Origin: Callorhinchus milii
Lineage: Eukaryota
DNA: 64,000 nt
Direction: 5' to 3'
Assembly: GCF_018977255.1 (NCBI RefSeq)
Contig: NW_024704742.1
Span: 44,828,001 to 44,892,000 of the forward strand
Positions 50,590 through 64,000 of the stretch are shown piece after piece. The position numbers and the translations under genes were made by a program. Below the pieces are notes generated by a model that saw nothing but the letters and a program-made list of their open reading frames with translations, did not search any database and was not told where the DNA came from. Each line of letters opens with the position of its first letter. Position 1 is the first letter of the stretch.

Positions 50590-51290
50590 AGAGCACCCAG
50601 GCTGCCTTGGTCAGTCACCAAAGACATTCTTGCCATCTGCCACCAGGGGCTCCCTTTGTCTCATTGCACTCAATCTCTCTGCTGCCTTCAACACCATCGA
50701 TCATCCATGCTCCTTTTTCGCCTCTCCTCCCTGCTGCACCTTCTTTGCTTAGGCCACTCTACTGGCTTCTCCTCCTAATCCCATCCAGTCACATTTAGTT
50801 TCCCACAGGATTCTTTGAATCCTCTCCTTCTCACCATCTATGTGCTCTCCTTGGTGAAACCATCCAAGCTTGGATGATGTCACCAAGGGTTGACTCCCAC
50901 GTATATGCAGATGACATCAACTCTATCTTTCTGCCTCTACCCTTAATGTTCACAACCACTGATGTTCTGACAGACTGCCTTTCAGACATCGAGCTCTGCA
51001 TGATTTCTAACTTTTTATTGCTCAGCAAAACTGAGGCTCTCTTGATTGACTCTCTTTACCACTTCAGGAGTTAACTGCATCCCTCTGCACATAGGCTCAT
51101 TTTACACCATGGAACCCATGTGGATCATCAGTGTATTGTTCCACCACAACTATTCTTCAAATTCTACATTTCAGATCTCACTCACTCTGCCTTCTCTCAC
51201 CTCCATCTATACCACTCCCCCTAGACTGCCAAGAACTTCACCTATAACTTCATAACCTCCTTCAGCCTATCCTTCCCATCCCCCAATTCT
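50590..51290 (+). mobile_element. Old L2 RT fragment
   Basis: ctctctgctgccttcaacacc (LSAAF); HVYADD; DVLTDCLSDI. Confidence 0.8.
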
Positions 51291-52238
51291 GCCCAAGAAT
51301 GTAAATTTAGCAGGTGGGATTAGTACAAAACAAAATTACATTTGTATAGCACCTTTCACATCAGGAGGATGTTCGAAGGCGCTGGACGGTCAGGGATTTG
51401 CACCTGAGTCCTATTTGGATCAAGTACTAATATAGGGCTACAATTGTACCAACTTTCAAGAGTACATTTTGCAAATGGGATTAGAAAATGTAGGCAAACC
51501 ATGTGAAAAACATTTGCTTTACTCTGACAGACTTCAGATTCAGCATAATGCACTGCATAGATATTGTAGCTAAATGCTCTGTGCCTACTCCACAGTCTGT
51601 CAAACTATAGTCAATGTGAGCTTTGGCACTAACATGAGGGATTTCATGTATTAATTTTGATCCTTAATCTGAACATCTAATATTGAGCTTGTTACTGACA
51701 TTCATGAAATGTCTAAATATTAGTATAAAACATGTACATGTGCAAATTGATGAATACTTTGGAAATATCGATATCTGATGATGTTGTGCAAATTGAAACA
51801 CATGAGGGAGAGAGTGGAAAACTCTTCAAACACATGTCAATTACTTCACACTTTATATTTGCTTTTTTAGTGACAGTGCAGTGTCCAATATGTGAAGCTC
51901 TGCATTGAAACCATCTTGAGCTGCTTGAATACTCCATTCTCAGTAGCTTCCTGATTTGAAAAAGTTGAGGCATTTGCCACTAAAACAAAATAGGTTAAAA
52001 AGGGACCTGTTAGGGGATTCCAAACAAAAATGTTTTTGATAGAGTAAATAGATAAAGATTACGAGGTCAAAATCATAATGTTTCTAAATGGATCCTTCCT
52101 TAATATAATATGCACCTTCAAACATTTTGTGATATCAGTTTTTTTGTAAAAAATATATATATTGATTATCAATACACATTTTGTGACTTCTTTAATCTAC
52201 GTGAAAACAGCCATCAGTTTGTTAACCTGTTGCTTGTT

Positions 52239-52477
52239 AATCATAGAATCATAGAATTATACAGCAAAGAAGGAGGTCATTCAGCCCATTGTGTCTGTGT
52301 TGGCTCTTTGAGAAAAGCTATCCAATTAATCCCCTCCCCTCTCTCTCCCCATAGCACTGCAAACTTGTTCTCCCCAAATAATCATCTACTTCTCTCATAA
52401 GCGTTGTTATCAAATCGGTTTCCACCACCCTTTCAGGCAATGCAGTCCAGATCCAAACAACTCGCTGTGTGAAAAAT
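52239..52477 (-). mobile_element. CR1 3' end
   Basis: aatcatagaatcatagaattatacagc...ggtcattcagccc is the reverse complement of the CR1 (ATTCTATG)n tail. Confidence 0.85.
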
Positions 52478-53444
52478 CTGTTATTTATTTTTTAATTATT
52501 ATTTTAATTGCTCCGAGTGTAATTTTCAAATGATTAACAGTGGAAGAACATGTAATAAAATGTTTTTAAAAAATGATTTGAACTAAGACTTAGTCAAAAA
52601 TTAGATTATGTTCTTTCTTTTGGTAATACTGATTTTTTTTATTCTGAGGTTATGTCATTTTCCTCTCAATGTTTTTTAATCTGCCCCAGTAATTAAATCT
52701 GCTGGTTTTTCAATATTCTGTTTTAAGAAATGTCCAGCTTCTATAAAAATTCTGCTGATGTGTTCCATCTAGTTGACATGTATTCCGTAGACAGGTCATA
52801 TTGCTTTCCTTATGCAAACACACTTCAGTATTCAACATTTCGATGGATGTGTGCCAATGTGACTGACTTCTCTTCACACTTTTTACTGTATTAGGCAGTT
52901 TCCTAGAAGTGGCATCAGTGACTTGAAAGAGAGGATTTGCTCCCAACTTCAAGCCTTGACTGAGAGGCCATTGCAAACATGCATTCCCATTCCATTCCAA
53001 ACATAAATGAACCTATCAATTTAAAGAGAACTTAAAACCATGTGAGATTCTAGCATTTTAATGCAATTTATTTTGGAGAATTGAAGGCAATATTGTTTTA
53101 AAATGCAAAACCTGCAAATGAATTGGAGACCATTTGGGCCTTGGAACATGGGAGTGCACTCGTCTCCGAGATGTAGACTGGTATTAAAGTGACATTGGAT
53201 TAGATAAACTTCAAGTACTTTGAGATGTCTTTCCAATGTGAAAGGCACTAAATACATTTACATTGTATTTTAACCATGGGAGGCGGGGCAAGTTGAAAAA
53301 TTGACAGAAGCAACAGATCAAGAGAGGTACCCTAGGAGATCTATAACAAAATGGCCAGAGAATCAGAACAAAAATAACTCACGGGGAAAGATAGGAATAT
53401 GTGGCTTGGAGATCTCTTCAGGGGGTAGAATAAGAATGTATATG

Positions 53445-53760
53445 TTTTACAGCCTGTTCACACCGAAACATTTCAAAGTGCTTCACAAGAAATTACTGTC
53501 AAGTGTAATATATTTTTTGTCAGGAAATGCGACATCCATTTGTGCCAACAGTCGCATAAATAGTCATAAACTGAAAGATCAATTAATATGGATAATTGTT
53601 GGCCAGGACACAGGGAAAGAACACTGTCTTTTCATTTTTGAATCGTATGATAGCATCTTTAAAATATATTTGAACAAGTAAAAGGGATTTTGATTTAATG
53701 TCTCATCCAAAAGCCAATCAAGCTTTCCACCAGGACACAACCCAAATGTCAACCTAGACT
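53445..53760 (-). mobile_element. Degraded SINE family B
   Basis: catttcaaagtgcttcaca...gttggccaggacac...tttaatgtctcatccaaaag. Confidence 0.65.
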
Positions 53761-53899
53761 ATGACCTTATGTCCTGCTGCAACAAGACCCAAAGACAAGA
53801 ATTCTTCCAACCAAGTCAAATTAGCAAAATGTACAGTTTTTTTGCTGAAACGCTATAAAGAATCGATCAATATAGCCACTGATTTAATTACATTAACAT

Positions 53900-54390
53900 T
53901 TAACAACAACATTTTAGACTTACGTTGTGCCTTTCACATAGGAGAATGTCTCAAAGTGCTTTATAGAGATTGAATGGGAACACGAGTTGGGGGGAGAAGT
54001 AGGAAGGATGGGGGGAGATGGCTGAAGGTAAGTCAACATGATAGATCTTTAGATGGGTATTGAAATTAACGAAGGAGGATCAAAGTGGAGAGATTTTGGA
54101 AGAGAGTTCCAGAGAGCAGGGGCAAAGTGGCCGAAAGCTCACCCACTGATGATGGGGTGCAGTAGGTGAGGGCGTGCAGCAGGCCAAAGTTGGTGGAGTT
54201 GAAGGAGTGGTCAGAGAATAAGGGTATAGGAGAGGGGAGCAAGGCCATTTGAAGGTAAGGAGCAGCACCTTAGGGTTGATCTGCTCAGAGATAGGGAGTC
54301 AGTAGAGTCAGGTAAAGGTAGTGGAGATAAGCTGCTAGTCCAAGACTAGTAGCCATAGAGTTCTGGATGATCTTGAGCTTGTGAAGGACA
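53900..54390 (-). mobile_element. L2 3' fragment
   Basis: agagttccagagagcaggggc; gagttctggatgatcttgagcttgtg = HKLKIIQNS on minus. Confidence 0.8.
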
Positions 54391-54874
54391 TTTAATCAGT
54401 ATTTACTCAATTCTCTAACAAAATTAGCATGGCAAAGCAAACATGGAGGTACTTATTTAAAAAAGGTCCAGTCGCAAATTTATTTAATTATCAAAAGCAG
54501 TCGATGGGGTTATTTTAGGAGATTGCCATTTGGACAAATCAGAGTAAGTTAAAGTCCAGTATTTCTTCGGTTCGTTCAATTAATTTAGTACTCTAATCAA
54601 TAACTAGCTCCAGTCAGTATTACGAGTTTTAAATTATTTTTGATTGTTGCTAATTTTCTCCTTGCTGCTCTCGGGAAGCTGCTGACTCATGCAGAAATAC
54701 AACTCAGTTGGCCTGATAAGATCATTGATTTTTGTTTGTGTCTTTCAGTGTCACATGTTATCCCTCCCTGATTTGTTCTAATTTACTTTCTTGTTCCAAG
54801 CATTTTTTTTCTCATATTCTTTCCCACTCATTCTTCATTTCATTCTCTTATAATGACAGTATTTCTAAACTTCT

Positions 54875-55072
54875 AGGGGTAATAATCCCTTTAAAAAAAA
54901 TTATAATTTGGTCACTCATTCCACAACTATTTGTGGGACATCTGCAATGCGCAATTGGCTGCCGCTTTTTGCTCACAAAATATACAGTCAATTCACTCTA
55001 CAGTATATTCTGTGAAGCGCTTTCAGACATGATAAGGTACTATATGAAATGCAAGGATTATCATCATTATTA
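54875..55072 (+). mobile_element. SINE family A 3' half
   Basis: ggggtaataatccctttaaa...aatgcaaggattatcatcattatt. Confidence 0.85.
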
Positions 55073-55176
55073 TACTGCAAAGTGGAGTGACTCCATATTT
55101 GTAGTTGAACACGTCAGCCGATTTGTGTACAGCAATTTCCTGCAAACAGCCAGGAATTGAATAACCAATTTTTTAG

Positions 55177-55415
55177 ATAATAATAATAATAATCCTTGCA
55201 TTTGATATAGCGCTTTTCATGTCTTCTAGACGTCTCAAAGTGCTTCACAGAATATGCTGTAAAGTGAATTGAACTGTATATTTGTGGACGAATTGCGCAC
55301 AGCAGTGTCCCACAAACAGTCGTGGATTGAAAATGACCAATTTATTATTGTTTTGTTTTTGAAGGGATTATTATTAGGCGTGTGGAAAACTTTCCCAAGG
55401 TTTCGCCCTGCCTAG
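55177..55415 (-). mobile_element. SINE family A, short form, 5'-truncated
   Basis: matches 42998-43260. Confidence 0.88.
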
Positions 55416-55629
55416 ATGGTCACATATCACCTTTTTCACCTCAATATTTCCTCAAGGAACAAAATTGTTAGTTGACTCTTTCATGTTGCAAACCCTGCAT
55501 GGAAACCAAGAACCATCTTTATTGGCTAAAATATTGCTGGAGCTAATCGATGTTATGATTGCTGATGAATATGTGGTATTTGTTTAACCAATAATTTCCA
55601 CAGCTCATTGAATTTCAATATAATAAAAA

Positions 55630-55945
55630 AAGTAACCTTGCATTTGATATAGCACCTTATTATGTCACTGAGATGTGTCAAAGTGCTTCACAAGATATAT
55701 TGTAGAGTGAGATGACTATATATAATTTGTGAGCAAACATGGCATCCAATTTCTGCACAGCAATGTCCCACAAACAGCTGTGAAGGGAATGACCAGTTTT
55801 ATTTGGGGAATTGTTGGCTAGGACACCAGGAGAAACTCCCTTTTCTTTTCAAGCATTGCCATGGGATCTTTAACAAGAAATTAGCTTAACATCTCTTGCT
55901 AACAATGGCACCTCTGACAATGCGGCGCAACCAGAGCACTGCATT
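55630..55945 (-). mobile_element. SINE family B
   Basis: tail; ggacaccaggagaaactcc; gccatgggatctttaac; ggcacctctgacaatgc. Confidence 0.8.
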
Positions 55946-55989
55946 GTGTTTCTACGAAAATTAAATGGACTGAAAAATAAAATCAATAA

Positions 55990-56706
55990 AACTGGCAGAT
56001 CATCCAGTATTCTGCAGCTCATGTCATCTTCCACACCAGTCTCTGTGATTCCATCACACCCACCCACACCCGGCTCCACTGGCTCCCCATCCCTCAGAGA
56101 ATACAGTTCAAAATCCACATCCTCGCCTTGAAGGCCCTCCATGGTCTTGCCCCTTTCTACCACAGTGACCTGCTAACCCTTTATCAACCTGTCCACTCTC
56201 TCCACTCAGTAGGTTCTGGCCTGCTCCTCGTCTCCCACCCGGTCTGCCCCATCATCGTTGGTCGGGCCTTCAGCCTCTCCAGCCCCACCCTTTGGAACTC
56301 CATCCCATATATCCTTCACCTCACTCCCTCCCTTGCCTGCTTCAAGGCACATCTCAAGACACTCCTCTTCAACCGCGCCTTCAGCCACTCTTCTACCTTC
56401 CCATCCTTTGGAACTCCATCCCACATACACTTTGCCTTGCTACACCCCTCCCTCTTCCCCTCTTTCAAGTCCCACCTGAAATCTTTCCTGTTCGACTGTG
56501 CTTACAGCCACCTCTCCCCGCCCGTCAGGCTCCGCTCTGAGACTCTACCCTGCGTGGAGGGCGCTATATAAGTGCACGTTGTTGTTGCCCTTCACCCTCC
56601 CTTACCCCAATCCCCACCCTCACTCGGGTCCAAATCCCTGACTGTCCAGTGCCTTGGGACGTCCACCTGACGTGAAAGGCACTATGCAAATTTAATTTTG
56701 TGTTGT
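55990..56706 (+). mobile_element. L2 3' fragment with stacked 3' ends
   Basis: ALHGLAP...WNSIPYILHLTPSLACFKAHLKTLLFNRAF; second WNSIP segment at 56406; further tail at 56590-56706. Confidence 0.85.
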
Positions 56707-56833
56707 ATTTTTTGATGCTCTCAGTTAGCACCTACAATTTGTAATGGATTTTTCTTTCCTTGGAAGCTGAGAGTCAGAGAACGTTTTGAAGGATTGAAGT
56801 GACAAACTTGAAGATGAATCTCAGATACTGGAG

Positions 56834-57248
56834 CAACAACAACAACAACAAGATTTAATTTATAGAGCGCCTTTCACGTCGGGAGGACATCCCAAGGCGC
56901 TGGACAGTTGGGTCGGGACCCGAGCAGGGGGGAAATGGTCAGGGTGAGGGGAGAGTAGGGAGGGAGCGAGGAGGGGGTAGAGAGTCGAGAGGAAAGCTGA
57001 AGGCACGGTCGAAGAGAAAGGTCTTGAGACCGGCCTTGAAGGAGGAAAGGGAGGAAGCGGCGAAGACACTGGGGGATGGAGTTCCAGAGCCTAGAGGCTG
57101 AGTGGCTGAAGGCCACCGATGGTAGGACGGTTAGGGCGGGGGATGTGGAGCAGACCGGAGCTAGAGGAACGGAGGATACGGGCAGGTAAGTAGAGGGATA
57201 GTAGGTCGGAGAAGTAGGAGGGAGCAAGGCCGTGAATGGCCTTGTAGG
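56834..57248 (-). mobile_element. Young 5'-truncated L2 copy, same subfamily as 8183-11522
   Basis: near-identical to 8183-8603 including the 3' UTR. Confidence 0.93.
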
Positions 57249-57539
57249 AGCAGTCTGAACTTGAACAAGATTTGCAGAACTATACTCACTGATAGTGTGG
57301 TTCAAACACATTTAACATATTTTGTCTTGTGGAACTCTGTTGACTCTTGCCCTAAATGTTGTGCAGTCACTAGGGATAACACTTGTTTTTTGCACTTGTG
57401 GATGCACTAAGGTATTGCACTGTCTATTGAGAGGGATAGATTTAAGCATATTGAATCCTGCTGGTAATTCTATATGCATTAAGTAATGTAGACAACGTGT
57501 GTTCCATCTCGCATGAAGGATATCACTTCGGATCTATGT

Positions 57540-57765
57540 TATAATGATAATAATAATAATCCTTCCAATTGATATAGCGACTTATCACATCTTTGAGAAG
57601 TCTCAAAGCGCTTCACAGAATATACTGTAAAGTGAATTGACAATATTTTGTTGGGTGAAACCGGCAGCCAATTGCACACAGCAGTGTCTCACAAACAGTC
57701 GTGAATTGAGTAATCAAATTATTATTACTTTTAAGTGATTATTACCCCCGGAAAAGTGACCCACA
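57540..57765 (-). mobile_element. SINE family A 3' half
   Basis: (TAA)n; ctcaaagcgcttcacagaatatactgtaaagtgaattgac. Confidence 0.85.
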
Positions 57766-60700
57766 TATAGGCATGTCACACATCCAGTTACCAACAGGAT
57801 TTGATATTTCTAAATCCTTTGCAAGTTCAGGCTTCAAAATCTTTAATTTTAGCTCCTAGTGTTTGAATTGCTTCTTCAAATTTTTGTTTGACATTACAGT
57901 CTTCCAAACTCCCCACCACCAGGTCATCAGCATTTACATTTATCTCTGAAATATCAATTAATTTGGTGTCAGTCTAGTGGTTTCATGAATTGTAGATTAA
58001 CTGTGATTCATTAATAATAGCAAGTGACAGCCCTAGTGTTTCTGATTTGCTGGCATAATTTTTAAAAGTATGTCTTTCACAGTTGAGTTGAAATGCTTAA
58101 TTGTGCCATCTGATTGACACATGGGAGTTACTGGGACCTTCTCAATTTCAAGTAAATTGCACATTTTCTAGGAAATAATTACTTCAAAGTTTCTTCTTGT
58201 TTACTGCATAGTAGAAATTACAGGCCACATTTTCATGTAGTCATGAACAAGAACAGTTACTTATGTTCGCCTCCTGAGGCCTGAAATTACAACCAATCCT
58301 AGCCTGTAAGACCATTTTGTCTTAAAATTTAAAATTGCGTAGAATGGTGCAATATTCTTAATTCCAGTTTCAATTTGAAAGCAGATTTTCCGCAGTTGTT
58401 ATGCATTATCACCTTTCAAATTGAATCTGAATTTAAGATTCAATAATTTACACAATTCAAGGAGATCTTAACATTGAAAACCAAATGATATAACAATCCC
58501 TGTGTCACCTTATGGAATATGCTTTATCCGTTTGGGTAAATACTCTCTACCAACATGCATGTCTTTTTGTGCTTCATTGTGCTGCTTCAGCAACAAAACT
58601 TATGGGCACTGATTCCTGAAGACATTTACATACTTGTAGAAATATGTACTTTCTGCTTGTAGAGATATTTACCTGCATTATTGATGTTTTTTCTTAGATT
58701 CAAGAGAGGAGCCTGCTATCTATTTTCTGCACCCATGTGGTTCTGATGGCAGCACCAAAATATTTAAGCCCGACCATTGTGCCAAGTCAGGCATAAAACT
58801 ATTTTTTCCAATGGCCAGTACTCTTGGATTTTCATTGCATTTTCATTTTGTTACTGACTTGCATCCAGTGGTTGTTCAACAGATCAGCTTAATGTTAACA
58901 GTTGTATCAAGCTAGATTGTCCTGTTCTTTCTTTACAATTACGGTACAAATATTTTTCACACCCAAAGCTTGCAGTTTCCAGGGAAACTTAATTTGTCTT
59001 AAATGTAATAGGTAAATATCGGGTTTAAATTTCTGCTGAGATTAGAATCTTCACTCCAAATTTAGTCAATGGCCTTCAGGCCTCTTACTTACACATATCA
59101 TTCAGACTGTAAAGCGTGATCCATTTGATATTTCACCTAATGAAACAATTTTAAGGCAGGAATTCATTCATTTGATCTTCAAGTAGTAACATGGATGTAT
59201 GGACTTTGTGTTGTGATACATTTCAACAAACTACTGTTAACTACAATAGAATTCCTTTATAAATTGCCCTGTTATACGTCATTTGGTTATAAGGCAGTTA
59301 CCCATAGCTTCAGCACATGGTCTGGCTGGTTCCTTAGGCACTGCGTGGCCTTCCACTTATTAAAATATTATTTTAATAAATGCCATTACTTTAGCATTAT
59401 AAACCAATTGCTTTTATACAAATAGGTGTAGTGACATCACCAGTCGTATGATCGGTGATGCCAAGATGTAGAGACAGTATTATTTCACCCCATTATTAGG
59501 CAGATAGGAATTTTATTGACCCTCAACTACTGAATTACTATATTATTGTGCTGATAGCTCTAATATTTGTATTTTTTGTTGGGCTTTTAGAGACATTTGC
59601 TCTGCGTTTCTCAGTCAATTTCTGTCCTGTTGCTCCCTTTCCTCACAATGCCATTGCCACCAACAGTGTAACGTTTCCTTCAGAAGAGCTCTGTTAACTT
59701 TTCAATGCATTTCTCAGTTTCTACAAAGCAGCAGCACTTGATTTGTTTATACTAGAGTATTGCTACTGACTGTGGGCCTAGGGTATGTAGATATAATGCT
59801 TCTTCAACTCTCTATTCCTTGGTTTATTGTAACATTTTTATTTGCATTTCTGAAAGTTAAACGTATATTCTCAACATATTTTTTTACACACATGTTTCTC
59901 TTTACACAATCTTATTCTATGACATGCCTTTTGTGGTCAAGTAGATAGGCAGGGCAACACTACATTGCTCCATGATTGCAGATGTTGAGAGATTTGAGAG
60001 AAGCTCAGGTTTATGGTCCCTAAATTTGTTTCCCATCCTCAGGAGAAGGACTTAACCTCCTTTTTCTACCTTCCCACAAATGACAGCAGAGAACTCAGTA
60101 CGTGTTACATCCTGCCCCTTCATCCTGTACACAGAACAATGAAACTCTCTTTGATCATTAGTTGCATTTATGCTTAAATTCCACTGGCTGCTTATATCTA
60201 CAGGAGATTGATTTGTATTCACACCTCAAAAAACTCACATAATTTTTGTTCTCTAACTCAGCAGAGAAGTTCATGCATTTTCATTTGCAAGTCAACATGC
60301 CTTTACATTTATAATGTGAAAGAAAATTGACCTGTTTTCCCATTCATCTCAGTTACATCTGTTACGCTAGCATTTTCTCTGTGAGACTGCTGTAACTCTT
60401 GCAGAAATCTCTGCTGGGAATTGCGATATTTGTTGCCAAGTATTAATGTGGGATTGCTGAGACTTTTCTTGGGCTTGTTAGATCTCAGGCTAAGCTTACT
60501 GTATTGATTGTATCACTTGTTTGATCTCAGATGAGGCTTGTTGAGTCTCAGCCCGGCACTTTCTGTAAATGTTATAAGGCCTCAAGATGAATTGTTTGAA
60601 TCTCCTCAGCACTTGGGCTCACAATTATATTTGAAATTCCATCTGGAAACGTATGATTGTTCAGCAGACTTACTGAAATGTAGAGAACTACTTAAATTTG

Positions 60701-62110
60701 GTTCTGTAACTAAAGTACCCAGTCATTGCGGTCACAATGAAATATTCTCTAGTTATAGCTTCCAGTTGGCAAATGCTGTGCTAGATTGGGAAATTCACAA
60801 TTATTCTGTGTATTTAATTTGTATATTTCTCAGTATGACAGTGTTTCTTAAAAAGATAACTTCTTTATTTTAAAAGCAACATCTAACAGCAAGCTATTTT
60901 AAGCATTTTACGGTACACACAGATTTGGAAGCATTGCAGTATAAACTGGTTAAGATGGGGTGACAAGTGCCTTTAGGTATGAAAGCAACCTTGCCTTCCT
61001 CCTTCGTGTTGCATTACTTCTGCCTATCCTCGTGCCACAGTCAGTAACAATACTCTTATGTAAACGCGATATGCGCTGTTCCATTGTAGAAACTGAGAAA
61101 TTAATTGAAAATTGTTTTACAGAGCTCTTGTGGAAGAAAGTGACACCATTGATGGCATCTGCTCTTTCTTTGGCTGCTAGGAATTGACCTTGAAGACAGG
61201 AATGTGCGGTTATTTGTACCAGTAACACAGTAATACTCATTCAGTCCATTCAGACTATTCCACTTTCTATTAGATAATTACAGATCTTTTAATCCCATTT
61301 CCCCTCCTTTTTTCCATCTTTCTTTTAAATTTATGATCAATTCTCCATCTAAATTCTTCTGGAACAATGCATTCTATAATCGCATAACCCTTTTCTATGG
61401 AGTTAGCTGAAAAATATAAACTGTATAATCGAAGAACACTGTGGTGTTCAGCATTGCGGAGACAATTTCCAGTGTAGTGATTGAAATATAAGTTGATCAT
61501 TCATCTTACAAATGGATTCTGCGAAACATAAAACACACGTAGAAAGAAGCATTTTTACATGAGAAACGTTTGTCCATTTAACATATTTTGAAACAACAGA
61601 CATTTGACAAAGTTACAACACTCTGAGACCATTCCTGAATTCAGAATGAATATTCGCAGCTCGCTAGGATTGGTTTTAGGGAGAGAGGAAACTAACCCCA
61701 AGAAACTGAAAGAGGGAAAGCACAAAGCAATTCATTTAGTGGCCCTAGCAAAATGATGCATCAGCAACCCTAGAGTGAGGGAACAAACTGGGAAACATGT
61801 AAAAATTTTAAATTATTTATTTTATATTACTTATTCATGATATCATTTATGATCATAATTGTATTCAGTTTTGTCTGACAAACACATTAATCATACCAGC
61901 CATTAATTATCAAATGCTCTTGTTTATTTTACATTTAACTATCTCATGCCATTACTTACAACATTCACAATAATTTTGCTGGTTGAAGTTGAATGTTGTG
62001 CATGCAAAATTGTCAAGCTTTTAGAAGTTTAAACTCTTAATTTCCAATATTCAGTAAAAAGGATTGATGAACAATTTTAAAATCCTGTGGGGATTCTCTC
62101 CAATCACATG

Positions 62111-62485
62111 TCAGCCTGGCTCAACTGGCAGCACTTTCACCTCTGAGCCAGAGGGTTGTAGGAATTTATTTAGTCTAAGCTGAGATTCTAATGCAGTGCT
62201 GGGAGTGCGCCTCATTGTTGGAGGTACTGTGCTTCGGATGAGATGTTGAACTAAGGCCCTAGCTGCAATTCAATGGCACTATTCAAAAAGAGAAGAGAGT
62301 TTGTCGTGCTGTCTGGCCGACAATTCCCCAAATGTGCAATTCATTCAATTCAGGGCTGTTTGTGGGATATTGTTTTATAAATAATGCAAGGAATTAATGC
62401 AAGGATATTGTTTTGTGCAAATTGGCTGCTGCATTCTCTCACAAAAACCCTGACAGTCACTCCACTGTACAGAATATCCTGTGGA
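62111..62485 (+). mobile_element. SINE family B (Deu-domain)
   Basis: tcagcctggctcaactggcagcac head; gttggaggtactgtgcttcggatgagatgttgaactaaggccc Deu core. Confidence 0.8.
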
Positions 62486-62594
62486 GCAGGGTGTCTATGT
62501 GTCTGTCTGTCTGTCCGTCTGTTGCAATATCTCCCCTGATACTTATTGCTTTTCAAATAGTTATTGTTTTAGTGGAAACAGACTAGAGACAAAG

Positions 62595-62900
62595 CTTTCC
62601 TCCATGCCTTAGTTGGTGAAAGTAATCACTGTGGAACTGAGCCAAGTAAACCAAGAAAGCCAAAGGTCTAATTCTTGGCATATATTGAGTTAGATGCTAT
62701 CAAACCAAGCAGTAGCAGGAGTGCCGCACTTGGTTCTTGGGTCAACGAGGTACAAATTGTGCACTTATCATGATCATTATCTGGTGACCTGTATGTATGT
62801 TTGTGAACATCAGGTGAGGAGAGAATCAGGCTAGACTGACACTCACGGTCCTGGGTTACACATTAAAAGCTATTTTACGAGTGATGTACCAGAAGGAATA
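62595..62900 (+). mobile_element. Family C repeat (SINE-like)
   Basis: similar to 39925-40190: atcattatctggtgac...caggtgaggagagaatcaggct. Confidence 0.55.
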
Positions 62901-64000
62901 TATTCAAAGGAAAATAGACTTGTGAAAAGTAGATATTAATATTGGATGAAGAATAAATATTTTGTGTCAATTAACCTGCACAACAGACTGTTACTGGGAG
63001 TTTACCTGAATTAAGGTGACAAAAACACAAGGTTAATTTGGATTAAATTTAAAAAATTCTAATTTTCTGCTGTTCTGATCATCCCTAATTCATATTCTTT
63101 TATATAAAAAAATATAGATTCTCGAAAAATATTCTAGAACTCTAGAGCTGAGAAATGTCCTACAACAAAAAGCCAGCAATAATCACAACCAGACATCTCA
63201 CAAGCGGCTGAATTTTTGAATTTGTAAAACAATTGATGTTACTGAAACAAAATAAATTACAAGTAGGGTTCTGGATCAGAATAGTGCTCCTTATATCTCA
63301 TATTTATAGGACTTTTAGATCAATTCAACATGAAATGTTCACTGAATTGATGCTCAAGCTTCAGTATAAATGATCTATTAGCCTCTCAACAGCACCCCAT
63401 ACTGCAACAATGTGATATTTCTATTTCCAATATAAACCCATCCCTTTAGACTCTTTGAGTGGGATTGCCAACGAGAGCAGCTCTGTGCTGGAAGTCTGCA
63501 CCCACTAAGACTGTTTTAAGGCTGCCAAAACTCATTTTGTTCTTCATCCCATCAGTTTTGTGTTGCATTTAAACACAGGTCCCATAAGTGAAAGGAGAGT
63601 ATTATAACTCAGTGTGCCATTCACTCCCCAGAGTCACTGCAGTGCTGATCATAGTTTGGAGCAGAAGTATCACCTTATTTCAACAAACAGAAGAACAATG
63701 TTTTCTATCCTTATGGGTTGAAGGAGTTGATAGATCTTTTCAATGCAGCTTTCCCTCAATGCATTACTTTTTTTACACCACAATTCTCAATGCGTCACTA
63801 TTTTACCTTGTTCCCAAATGTGTATGTTTTTCAGTTTTTCAGCTTTAAAGCAATCACCTTTTTGCAGTTATCCAGTTGAAGGGATTAAACAGTACATTTC
63901 ACATCTCATTAAGTCAACTATTTGGTTATTCACTTACTATTGATCAGCAGCAGTAGCATTCAATAAGTTAACCTCTTAGGTCATTGATTCTAAAGACACG

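Noticed and set aside
60950..61410. Minus-strand ORFs following acceptor-like sites
   Set aside because: No matching donors and no recognisable protein similarity
38..63943. Most 60-170-aa ORFs in the track
   Set aside because: They lie in SINEs, on antisense or shifted frames of LINEs, or in AT-rich DNA; no recognisable domains and no coherent exon chain

Overview
AT-rich vertebrate DNA, intronic or intergenic, dominated by retroelements. The repeat content (L2 and CR1 LINEs, L2-tailed tRNA-derived SINEs, Deu-domain SINEs, Penelope remnants) suggests a cartilaginous fish, possibly a chimaera; this is inference, not a database result. I could not recognise any host protein-coding exon. The only convincing ORFs belong to a young, apparently full-length, ORF1-less L2 LINE (8183-11522, minus strand, frameshifted) and to other LINE fragments. 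Also present are an 835-bp solo LTR with a 4-bp target duplication, a small MITE, and three Penelope-type minimal hammerhead ribozyme motifs. The least explained signals are several inverted duplications of non-TE sequence: a ~1-kb concentric foldback at 25.4-26.5 kb, a 75-bp 91% pair at 14.4/14.8 kb that overlaps splice-like signals, and a 39-bp pair at 2.3/4.2 kb. A CpG-retaining array of ~61-bp direct and inverted units at 40.8-41.1 kb is also unexplained. Boundaries of old repeats are approximate (about +/-20 bp).
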